Source: Phoronis australis (Eukaryota > Animalia > Phoronida). From it: a stretch of DNA of 64,000 bases. Below the pieces are notes generated by a model, which searched no databases, was not told the origin of the DNA, and worked only from the letters and a program-made list of their open reading frames with translations. Below are positions 37,624 through 49,900 of this stretch, piece after piece. The stretch covers positions 447,517 through 511,516 of the forward strand of contig NMRA01000234.1 in the NCBI GenBank assembly GCA_002633005.1, written 5' to 3'. A program made the translations under genes and the position numbers. The stretch's first letter is position 1. Each line of letters opens with the position of its first letter.

Positions 37624-38502
37624 ATGTCGTTTAACGATATCTTTGCGTGGACACAGGATTATCCTTCAACTATCGCACTTCTCAGGAACCATCAGGTTAT
37701 TCGTCGCCAGCCTCCCAACTGAAACCAGTGCTTTCGTACCATGTCGGAGATTAAATGGACTGGGGAAACCATCTGGAGGTGCCCAAGCCACAAGTCCATG
37801 AAGGTGTCAGTTCGAGATGGCCCTTACTGGTTCGGTTCCCGCTTAAACCTGTACCAGTTGGTTCGTTTGTGCTGAACATGGTCGTATTTGCTCCCAGTCC
37901 ACTTCACCGGGGAGATGCTTGACTTAGACAGAACGACGGTCATGCAGTAGAATAGTTATTTCCGTGACATGTGTTGTAACCACCTGGTAGCGAATCCAAG
38001 ACAGGTTGGCGGTCCTGGTATCGTACAGATCGACGAGTCTTTGATGGCGCGAAGAAAAAATAACGTCGGCCTCCCTGTGTTTGGGGGCTATTGCCCAGCC
38101 CAGGCTTTCGGATTTTTAGAATTTGTTCCAGATCGTTCCATTCAGACACTGCTGCCCATCATCCAGCATTGTATAGCACCAGGGTCTATCGTGCACTCAG
38201 ACATGTGGGCGGCATACAATGGCATAGTGAACCTTCCTGTGAACCCTCCATATCGACACCAGACCGTCAATCACAATCAGAACTTCGTTGATCCGATCAC
38301 AGGTGCCCACACCAATCACGTGGAATGCTTTTGGAAGAACGCAAAGCGCAGGTTCAAGTCCATGTGTAGGGCAAACGACGACAAGCTAGAAGAATATTTG
38401 GACGAATTTATGTGGCGGCAGCACTATGGAAGAACAGCCAAAGACGACTTCAGCAACGTGCTGTTGCACTTATCTCAGTGGCCGCAGTATCAGACGCCTT
38501 GA
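37624..38502 (+). pseudogene. Merlin DDE transposase pseudogene
   Basis: Single frame from ATG 37624 with in-frame stops at 37720, 37873 and 37948; motifs WRCP, VSVRDG, VQIDES, VFGG, IVHSDMWAAY, HQTVNHNQNFVDPITGAHTNHVECFW, YLDEFMWR. Confidence 0.9.
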
Positions 38503-39965
38503 GCGGTACTGATTGATACCCCCAATTGGACTGTTTCACTTACCAAACTAAATAGAAATTCAAATACAAATCATCAACCAAAAACTGATCATGGCGGTAA
38601 CTTGGACCAACCTAGAAAATGACAGTGATGACACCAGTAAAGCGAAGGACGGGTGCTAGGCCATATGATGATTTTTGAGATCCTACGTGATATAGGCCTA
38701 GTAAATTAACTTGCCTTACTATTTAAGTTCACCCATTTGACAAACTAAAGATGTCGATACGCGTCTCATGGACGACGATAACAACACATGACGATGACAG
38801 ATAAGATGGCGAGAGAGACAAGGAAGGTGATGACGAGAGCGGACATAACGATGATTAATAACGATGACGTTAATAATTGACGAAAGCGACCAATGACGTT
38901 GACTGATGAAAAAGGAACAGTGCGTGTTGTTGCAGATCGCCGATAGATGGCGCTAGGTATAGTAAGTTCCCTGTAATGGCTGCCGATTTCACAATGCGCG
39001 TGGCTAAAGTGAACCGAGTTCGGAATAGCGTAGTTATAGACTAGAGTAATTGAGGGTCATGAAAAGGATTTGTACGGATAGCCAGATGTCTGAGGAATTC
39101 AAAGATACCAAAATAATTCATTTAGACCCACATTTAGTGGATTTATTTGGAATAAGTTAGGGTCCATTATATCCGACTAGTGCGGTTGGGTACAACATGC
39201 TGCCGTTAAAAAATATCCCAAAGCAGTTAATACCATTTCTAACAGCAGTTTTCCCCAATCGGCATGCTTGATAGCCTATTGGCATCTGTTTGGCACACTC
39301 GCTACTACCCGTGTGCCATTTTAAATAAACTTGGGTTATTGTTTACTATCCGACTCTATTAACGTACATAATTAATACTATTATTATCTGAATCCTCTAG
39401 TCATGGTGATTCCAAAAATGTATTACTTGTACTGATTGATCTCTTCTTATTCATAATTTCCGAGTTTTACTTGACCCGGATTATCCAGTCAGTGAACAAG
39501 GCCCTTAGAGAGAGGGCAGAAATATCTGACTCACCAGATTTTTATGGTTTTTAGTTAGTGATTTAGCCATTTAACTTCCTCAATTTTGCACCTGGAGCGG
39601 GAAGCTCAAGTGAGATTTGACACATTTTCAAGAATATGTTCAAATTATGTTGACTAAATTATCTCCAGAGTCATGGTATGTGTTAATTATAACTTACCGC
39701 GTGTATGTAGATGCTTTATTTAATCTTATTCACTGTTCCAGTATTTTGAAATGAGTAACTTTTGATGCCGGGCTCATTGATTCCTCGATGTTTGAGCTGA
39801 ATATCGATGTCATTCTCCTCTCAAAAAATTAAAATATCACACGAAATTCCATTCATCAGGTTAAAAAATCCCCCTGAAAATGTAGGAAGGTTTCCATTCC
39901 TTACAAACGTTGCTTAACTCACTTTAAGCCAAGGTGTTAGTAATGCTGGTAGATTTAGTACTAGT

Positions 39966-40063
39966 AGTTATTTTTAAGTTATTTTTAAATTATTTTTAAG
40001 TTATTTTTAAGTTATTTTTAAGTTATTTTTAAGTTATTTTTAAGTTATTTTTAAGTTATTTTT
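39966..40063. repeat. Tandem repeat, 11-bp unit x~8-9
   Basis: AGTTATTTTTA repeated. Confidence 0.9.
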
Positions 40064-40949
40064 CCTGATGGATGTTGCCATTATTTTGTGCTTGTGTGAA
40101 AATGATGAATGTAAAAATGGCTTGCTTCTTAGTATTTATCTTAAAGTTGATACCGTACTTGCTTATTTGTGAAGGCATAAAAGATTTATACACCATTGCC
40201 ATAAAAAGCAATGCACTAAATAAACATAAAAATTCCTGTTTTAATAAAAAAATGCAACATAAAAATTGCTGTTTTAATAAAAAAGCCACAAAAGATGCCT
40301 TCTAAATAAAAACTGTGAAAATTCCCCTTTTGGAAGGTAGAGGTACCTTTCCCTTCAGGTGAGTTGGGGCCCTGTTAGCAGTTCCAAATTCAAAAATAAC
40401 GATCATTCACCTCAATGATTCACACTATGGGGACCCGGAAAAGACGTGTTAGCAATTTTTTTGGTGTTAACAAACATGAACAACTCTAAAATTGCCCATG
40501 TTCTAAGTTTCAGAATGAAGAAAATTCAATGTTAGATTGAATATCAGTGTCCTGAATTTAAAGACTTCCAAACAAGGACGTTTTTACCGATGATTTATTT
40601 TTCTTAAACCATTTGAAGGGAGGACAAAAAAGCTTCAGTATTGTCAGAAATTTTCTACTTAACAAATAAGCATACGTGAATTCATTTGTTTATTTTCTTG
40701 GAAATGCAGGACTAGACAGAAGGTTCATTCCTCTTTTGAGTAATCTCTATCTGCTGAGGCCATTCTTGCCCTGTTTCTAGGGGTTGCTTTTACAGGACTT
40801 GTGACACTGATGGGGTTGGCTGTAAAGATTTGGTAGTTGAAGCTGCACATGACTGAGACCCCACACCAATAGTAAGGATAATTTTTGAAGCGCGTCCTGA
40901 ATCTTTGGCGCAAAAATTATTTCATTTATGCACTGTGGTTGCTGAAACT

Positions 40950-41112
40950 AGCCACAGCTCCGTCAAGCTGCAGCTCTGTTAAGCTGCAGCTATTACAAGC
41001 TGCAGCTCTGTCAAGCCGCAGTTCTGTCAAGCTACAGCTATGACAAGCTGCAGCTATGTCAAGCCACAGCTATGACAAGCTGCAGCTATGTCAAGCAGCA
41101 GAAATGTCTAGC
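40950..41112. repeat. Tandem repeat, ~19-bp degenerate unit x~8
   Basis: GCAGCT(C/A)TG(T/A)CAAGC(T/C) repeated. Confidence 0.8.
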
Positions 41113-41565
41113 CGTCTGTACGGTGCAAACCGTGTCCGTGTATTGTACCCAAAGTGTTCTACTCTACCATTCCCATTTTATAAGTATTAACTCGCCGAAT
41201 GATACCTGGCAAAATTTCGATGTCGCCAAACGATAATTGAAGTACAACCAAACCTTGTTGGCATGAGCTGAAATTGGAATAAAAAGAGATCCCTGAAATG
41301 AAAAGCTAGTGAACTCACCAAATGTCCACCAAGCCTATCTCTTGGGGCATATGAAAATAATGGGGGCCCTTCTTAGGATTTTGTTTATTTTCATGTCAGT
41401 GGTATTTTGAGTGCATGCAATTCTTTTTCTGTAAGCTCTAGGAAGGACTTGAAAGTGGCTTTTTTCATAATTACTTCCGATTGAAAGTTAACCCCACTGT
41501 GGTCAATACAACAGAGTTGATAAGAACTGTTCTCGTTTTAAATGTCCTTTATCCTCACCATCATG

Positions 41566-41719
41566 TATGACTCTTGCTCTAGGGTTTCTCGTTGGTATTC
41601 CTATATGACTCTTACTCTAGGGTTTCTCGTTGGTATTCCTATATGACTCTTACTCTAGGGTTTCTCGTTGGTATTCCTATATGACTCTTGCTCTAGGGTT
41701 TCTCGTTGGTATTCCTATG
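41566..41719. repeat. Minisatellite, ~39-bp unit x4
   Basis: TATGACTCTT(A/G)CTCTAGGGTTTCTCGTTGGTATTCCTA repeated. Confidence 0.9.
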
Positions 41720-43900
41720 TTGGAACTTATGAACCAGTAAGGTCACATGGACAAAAGATTGTGCGTTATCATTGTTATCATTGTTGCGTTTACAGTCATT
41801 TATCAGACAGTTCTCACTTTTTTATTTGCTTGGATAAGATATCTGTAGTGAAATGGGTATTTCCCACAATTCAGCATTTCTAAAATTAGCTATGACCCAG
41901 TTAGCATTTACAACTCTTGGTGTGTACAGGGAATGCTGTGTCATTCATAAATTTCAAGCATGACAGCAAGGAAGGTTTTCCTAATGGCAAAGGTTCAACC
42001 AGGTTTGGTAATTTTGGTGAACTTACAATCCATTAACTGAAAAAGTGTTTGTTTTGGATAAAGTTTGTTTTATGGATTTTAATGTTTGATTAGTCAGCAA
42101 TTTTTTACCTTGCCTGATGTTTGATTGAAATAGTTACGCTCCATTGATTTACAAAGCATGCATTGGTATGGACACATAAAATAGTTTGGATAAAAATTAT
42201 CAGAAAATTGTATTTTCTTTTACTCTGCTTTTTATGTGGCTTTCCTCAACACGTCTGATACTACAGTAAAATTGCATAAGTTGGATACAACCGGACCTGA
42301 GGATTTGTCCGCGTTATGCAAAATAACCCGTATCTGGAGTAACGAGTGCGTGATACTCGTGACCTAGTTAATGGAGTGTTCACTGGTCATATCCTGATCA
42401 TTTTCAGCTCGCGAAGTGGTCAAAAGTACTTGTGATGAAATATGTCTGCTTACTTTATTTTTTGCCATTGTATTTGCAACAATTTTTAAAACAATGCTAA
42501 CATCGCATTTGAATGAGTTCTTGTGTGCAATCAGCCATGTCGGGTGCTTTTTTGAAAAATATTAGTATTTTGCTAAAGGTTGGAGCTTGTCCCAAATTCT
42601 AGAAATAAGCAATAGTGGCCATCCCAAATTCAAGAATCACCAGAAAGACGGCAAAATTACCCACTCTGTAGATTGAAAACATTGCCCAAAATTTGAGAAA
42701 TGAGACGAACGCCAAACTGCCCTTGTCCCAAATTCCCAGAATCAAAAAAAGCAGTTTTTGGGGGAGTTTCTTTGTCCATTCTGTGTCCCAAATTCTAGAG
42801 ACTGTCCCATATAGGAGAATTGTTACCATAATGTCACCGACTCATAATAGGGCCGTCCTAGATTACACGGTGATAGAACTCTCCTTTGTCCCAGAGATAA
42901 GAAAGTGAGTGACGTAGTTTTGGAAAGCAGGCACACTTTCGTGTTTCACATTGATGTCGAGAAGGGGAGATTTTCATATCACACATCCACTGGTATTTGT
43001 TCAGTTAATCAAACTTTTTCACTTCGGAGTTGCAGCCAACAGCATAGCAGTAATACTTTGTTGGCATTGGAAGGACAAATAGGTTAATGCAACCGAGAAA
43101 AAACTTGTAAAATCAAATAACATGTGAATGTGCAATGGCACTAAAACAAGGCAGAAAATGGGCCTGACTGATGTTTATGGCGTTGGGGGAAAATGTAGCG
43201 AGATTCGAGTGTCACTTTGTAACCTGGGATAGCCCTATTAAGTGTAGTGGTAAAACAAGGGTGATTATGTTGAATGATATACACTGTAATGCACATTGTC
43301 TCTGATTTGTAACTCGGACTTACTTATTAATGAGTCAAAGAATGCATGGAAAACTATGAAGCGGATTTTTAGCATTGCTTTTTTGTGTTTGGTTCTTGAA
43401 ACATTGATGTATTTAGTAGACCCACTGACGCTGCTGTACATTTAGTCCGTATTGAGTGAGTAGAGTACGGTAGTTTTGGTCTCACTGATGCCCTAATTTC
43501 ATGATTTAAATCGTAATTATAATATTCACTAGGTGATGATAATGTCCTTGTTTGACATGTAAGATACTAATAGATTGGGAGCAGAAAGTCAAAAGTCGAT
43601 CACCAGCATGGGTCAATCATGTGATAGGGGAGCCACAAGGTTTGCCTGAATGCAGACATTTCTATGGAAGGTCCCATGCTTCACTTGCAACACCTAGTGA
43701 ATTTTGAGTGTTATTACTTGGAAGCAAGATACATCCTTTTTTCTAATATCTCTTTTTGTCTCTCCCCCCCTCTCTCTGTCTCTCTCTTTCCCTCTCTCCC
43801 TCTGCACTGCACTGCACTTCTGTACAGACGAAGCAATTCAGTTACCTCGTCAAGTTAGAATAGGATATTGATAATTTATGTTGTTGTTACAGTCATAAAG

Positions 43901-46900
43901 ATGGCCAGTGTCGGTGATGGAGAGGTTGATGAGAACGTGCTGCCCTCTGCTGCCACGTACCGAGCCAATGATGAGACAGAAGAACCAGGTTTGATAGAAG
44001 CGATGATTAGTTAAAAACCTGTTGTTACAGTAACACTGAAATTGGTCCTTAAGTAGTCAAATTAGAGGTGATTTCTAGGCTTGCACAAATAACAGTTGAT
44101 TATTTCTTGTCTGGCTCTACATGTTACCAACTGTACATGTCATGGAATGAGTGATGGGATGAGCATGGTCTGTAACAATATTCAACTGTCAGTTGTTTTC
44201 AAGCCCAGAAACTCCTTAGGGGCAAATTCATAGCATTTTTATTGCTGTTATAAGTTTGTTTCTCTTGTTCTTGGTAGTTTTTATCAAATGACGTGAAGAA
44301 AACAATTTCCTATTCCATAATGATTCCAAACCAACTGGAACAGGTGGGTGCACCGCATTGTTGACATTTTGAAGCTAGAGACTGATATCAGCTCTCATGC
44401 CAAAAATAATCAGGCAAAATGACTCAGAATTGAGTGCAAGTGGAACTCCCTCTATTGTTGAAAATCAACCTATTGAAAAGGTGATAATTTTGACGCAAAA
44501 CAGGCAGGTTTAGTTTTAGGCTTGTATTGAGCCTAGGGCCAATTTTTTATTTCTATCTGAACCATGGGGATAGAGAGGATAGTAACCTTCCATTGTCCTT
44601 AGTATTTCAAGGCAGACATCATCTGTCTGGTATTACTGTTATGGGTCAGATATTTAAGGCTATGAGAGATGTCCATTACATATAGGCAGCGAAGACTGTT
44701 AGAATTTAATAGAGGTTGGCTGTAAGTCTGTTTTGTATTCATCAGTCTTCAGGGCTGCCATTTTTCCTCCGTCGTGGGCTGTACGAGCGTTCTTGAAAGA
44801 AATGAATTGTGGTTGAAAAGAACTACAGGTCGTGAGAAAAGAATCACGCATTAATGAAAAAGGAAAGTGATGGAGGAAGATTGGCAGGCCTGATCGTGTT
44901 CTCAGTGTTTACTTGTGTTACTTGTATGTCCTTTAGGTTTTGAGCTTTACACTCCCAGAGGTAACCCTGACAACTTTGTTCTGAGTGACACAGACTCCAT
45001 TCCATTTGAACCGGAACCTACTGGTGTTGTGCTCAATGGAAGTCAAGGTAAATATAGTTTTAAAAGTCAACTGTGTTTGGTTGCTTTTAAATCAATTGTT
45101 GATTTTTTGTGCATCTGTATAATTCTGTGGGCGCTTATTGCCAACATCTCTGTGCAGGTGGCACCGGTGTTCTGTGTATTGTATATGCTTCTCTATCTGT
45201 GCAGGTGGTACCGGTGTTCTGTGTATTGTATATGCTTCTCTATCTGTGCAGGTGGTACCGGTGTTCTGTGTATTGTATGTGCTTCTCTATCTTTGCAGGT
45301 GGTACCGGTGTTCTGTGTATTGTATGTGCTTCTCTATCTTTGCAGGTAGTACCGGTGTTCTGTGTATTGTATATGCTTCTCTATCTGTGCAGGTGGTACC
45401 GGTGTTCTGTGTATTGTATATGCTTCTCTATCTCCTAAACATCTGAATGGTTATTTAGAAAATTTGTCAGATATCTACAGGTTGATCTGATTACTAAATG
45501 TGTATTTTAGTTTATCTGCGTCTGCCTCCTGACAAATCTTCATGAACTTTGGCAGTGAGTTTCTATCATGAAGAAGACAGTACCCACCCACTTTTGTACA
45601 GATCCAACCTGTATTGCGCCTCCTATAATGTCAATTCTTAGTATTTTGATATCTGTTTTTGGTGTTCTCTCTACCTGCCCAACCACTTTTTAAACGCTCG
45701 TCGTGAAATAGATGTGTTTATATTGTGGATTACAAGACTGACATTGATTTTCGGACAGATCTGACCTCTGTTGTGCCCTCTTATGGAATTGGGGTTGCCA
45801 AAACTGACATTGAAATCGTCAATCGAAAAGGAAAAATGTGCTGTATTCCGTTTTCAAAAAAATACACATAGCTCTTATTTCTCCCCACCGTTCAATGACT
45901 AACCTGCAAACGAAAAACGCAGACAATCGGATATACTGCAGGGGCATGTTTCATGGTATGATCTTGCCCGATTTTGACGAATAACTTTGACTTCCGTCGT
46001 GTGTGTGTTTCATTTGTCCTGACTACTTATGGTGGCAAATGCACTGATTTCACGAAATAAACGAAACAATTGGGAACCAAAGCTATTGAATCTAGAAAAA
46101 CGTATAGCAATTTAAAGTTTTGAAGTCACCACAAACATTGAAATGAATTTCGGTGGAATTACTGTTTGACTATGATACTCGCTGTTGCGATTTTGTGGTG
46201 ACTTGGAATTTTTCCAGGTCGCCAAACACAATCTGGTGACTTGCAGGTTGTCAAATCGAGCACCGAACATAATAACCATTTTGTGGTTTCTGTCTCTCTA
46301 TTTGCCAAACTACTTTGAGGATTGTCATGGAATCTAAGGGACATATTCATTTTCAGGATTTCATGGTTAATATCATTTTGAACCAATTTAACTACTGCTA
46401 CGACTCCTAGTGGCTAGAGACCATATAGAATCGGGCAATGTTGATGTGCACCCACCATGTGCATTGCACAATGTTGATATGTGCCTTTTATGTGCATTGC
46501 ACAGTGTTGATGTGCGCCTCTCATGTACATTGGACAATGTTGATTTGTACCCTTCATGTGCCCATCGTGTGTGTTCCACAATGTTGATATGCGCCCACCA
46601 TGTGCATTCAACCGCGTCGATGTGCGCCTGTCTCGTCTGTTGCACAATGTTGACATGCACCCCAGAGTTGTCTTGGCCATCTTTTGGACGGCTAGAATTT
46701 GCTTTAGGCGGTTTCAGTGGCAGACAAAAGTAAGAAAAGAATGGCACTGATTTAAAACGTAGCTTGAAATGATGGCCATTTTCTTGACTCTCTCGTCCGA
46801 GCGGCCATCGCTCAAATAGTTCAGCAATCTGTCATTTCCCAAATAAGAAATTTACCGCTCAAAGATGCATTCTTAGTGCTTATATGAATATTCCGTCTGC

Positions 46901-49900
46901 CCTGCGACACTGGTCAGAGGTACTGGCAGCAGTATTAAAAGGGTCCACTCACCTTTGAATCGAAACACTTTTGACAAACCGTATTGGTTTTTGCTTGTGT
47001 ATTTCTCACTTTGACGAATACTGTTGGTTGCTTTTGGTGCATGTCTCACTGTCATTGGCCAATCTCATTGCCAAAGTTGTTGCATTGGCTGCATTATATC
47101 TGTGACTCATACACCTTTTAAAAATTTGCCATACTGTTTACTTTCTTTGATAGCCGTGGTGCGGGAAATTTGTATTTTGGAGGGAGCAATTTCAGTATTT
47201 TGGACCGCCAGTGCCATCCCTGGCTTAAGTTCTGTTATGGATTGACTGGCACCCACCATGTGCGTTGCATGGACGTCTTATTGTTATGCTAAGCAATCAG
47301 ATTTCAGGGACTATGTTGCAAAATACCAAACATATATTCTGATATGATGCCGAGCTGCACACAAGTTTAACTACTAAAGCTGTTATGTGTATCAGCATGA
47401 TATGTTGACACCAAGGTTTGCTACAAAAAATACACTGGTAATCTTAATACTGTATTAATCTCCCCTGCACGGGAAGAATGCACGTACTACATAGTTCTTC
47501 ACATCGCTGAGTTAATTTTGCACTGAGGAAGTCAAGTCAAAGATACTCGATAAACAGTCTATGGTTAAATGAATTAATCATCACATGACATGTACATGAT
47601 TAGAGTGATTAAAATGGACCCACAGTATCATAAAGGCAAAAATAGCCACTTTGAATGCTGGGGAGTGACATTTTTGTTGACTCTGGATGTTGCGTTTGAT
47701 TCACCAATGAATTTCCGCTCTAAAACTCAAATTTTTCCAAGCAAATGACTGTATACATTTCATATCAATAACTCCCCAAGATAACATTTCAAAGGTTAAA
47801 AAAGTGACGTCAAAACGGTATCCTCACTGGCAAGTCAAAACTCAATTTACGGCAGCCAGTATTCTGGCAGTCAATATTCTGGCGCATTGAAGTAGATGAT
47901 TATAGATATACCATAGTTACATATTGTGATGATGCGTCTTGCCAGCTCGTATAACTAGTGAAATCTCTCTAATGTATCATTTTTGGGATGTGGAGATAAC
48001 AGTTGACATTAAGCGCAAGGTCTATGTAAAATATTAAAACTACGTAGACAGTGTAAAAATGATGTAAATCTGAATGTTTGTGTGTGAGTTTGTGCTCTTG
48101 AAGCGTTTGGTATAATAAAGACGTTTTAAGTTTTCAGGATTTTAAAAAGTCTGTTTATTATTATTACTACTACTACTTGCACTTCCTTTCATTTTGTCGT
48201 TTTTCAGATTTTTGATGCTTAGTCTATAAATGTGAAGTTGAAGTCTTACTTTTAGTTTCAATCAGATTTCTCTTAGGTGCTCTCACAGGAACCCAGTTTC
48301 CCTTCCGGTAAAACAATGTAATATCAATCATTTGTTGTTTTAGGCTCCCACTCTGGCCTGTTCAGCCCCCTCCACTCTGGTGTTGGATCTGACATTGACA
48401 TTGAACTTCGCTCTCAGCCGTCACAGGCAGGTGATGCCCAACCCATTAATAGTGATGCACTGACAAGAAATATTGGTGTGGTGGCGCCACATGTCTGCAT
48501 CAAGCATGGCTACTACAAAGTGGAGAAAATGCAGTCGGCCAATCATGTTACAGTACTAGAAACGGGCGAGACATGTTCGTGTCCGAAAGAAGAAAAACAC
48601 ATGACAGGTGAAGAGACCATGCTACAGAAGAGGTCAGTTATTGTGAGTGAGGATAAGGACCGTCCTGTCTCTGAACCTAGCCAAATACCTGAGAGTAATG
48701 GGGTGAGAGATCCAGCAACTGTGAATGGTAGTAAACGTGAGCCGTTTAATGTGGGAAAGTTTCAGGAGATGTCCACTTTTTTCAGGAATTTCAAATTTGT
48801 AATGCCAACGTCAGATGAAGAAGAATGCACCAAACAAACAGGCGCAAGTGTTGAGGATATCCGGAGGCAGACGAGTAATGGCTCAATCCAAAACTTGTCA
48901 TCCTCGAGGGGCGCCTCACCTGCTACCACCACCACTTACCTGGGAGACTCGGAGGTGGGGGCTGTTGTCCGCCAGTCACGTCCCGAGACTCTTGGATCAC
49001 AAGTGACTGAGAAAAGTCAAATATCATCTCCATCTGGGCGACACGAATTAGCTGGTGTGTCTCATTCTGGTGACCGTGGACGATCATCAAGCGTGTCATC
49101 AGCTGGGAGTAGAATTTCAGCTCGATCAGGCCTGAGTGGTGCTCACTACAGAGGGTCATCTCATGCCACTTCTAGGTCATCATTGAGCAGTCGCCATGAT
49201 GTGGTCGGTAATCAGGATGGGGACTTGCCACTCAGTGGAGGCAGAGTTTCTCCCATTGGTAATGGCGTGATCTCTTCTTCCCCGAGTTCACCTCCATCAA
49301 TTGCCAGTGTCAGGTCAGATGCGGGAAGTAGATCAGAGGCAAGTATAAAGTCAACTGAGAGTAAACGTTCACAGCCCCGTAGGGACATTCTGAAAACTGG
49401 CAGTGTTGATCACAAATCTGCGACATCTCAAGGGAGTTCATCTTCTGTGCATAGGCAGGCTGGCCTTACCTATGAAAATCTACAGATTGTTAAATCTGGA
49501 CAGTCTAGGTCACCGTCTGAACTGTCACAAAGATCCGACTCAACATTGAAGGGTGATGGGAGTGCCAGGTCGTCCCTTGTCAGCTCTGGTACTCGAGGGT
49601 CCAGGCAAGAAGTCAACAGTGAAACGGGCGTCTTGGAAACTGTAGCTGATCTTGTGGTGGGTGATGACAGGTCAACACCACGGTCACAAGTCTCTGTTGG
49701 AGGTCTGTCTGGCCGGTTGAGTAATACTGCAGACTCCGTGGCCTCGTCGGGGATGAGAGGCAAGGCAAGTGAAAAGCTACTCAAACAATATCAGGTAAAG
49801 AGTTCCCCATTGTTGTTGGGCTGGTGTTTTAGATGAACATACATCTCAAACAATATCAGGTAAAGAGTTCCCCATTGTTGTTGGGCTGGTGTTTTAGGTG

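Larger units (their letters stand above)
35297..39109 (+). mobile_element. Merlin (IS1595/ISXO2-like) DNA transposon with ~385-bp TIRs
   Basis: Left TIR 35297-~35943 (interrupted; first bases lost in the gap) mirrors right TIR 38724-39109, which ends ...GATACC; encloses a transposase pseudogene. Confidence 0.85.

Noticed and set aside
41566-41719. CRISPR-like arrays (this and other minisatellites)
   Set aside because: No unique spacers, no cas genes, eukaryotic context.
44915-45446. Hydrophobic/Cys-rich ORFs
   Set aside because: Only 44937-45047 is exon; the rest is the 47-bp minisatellite.
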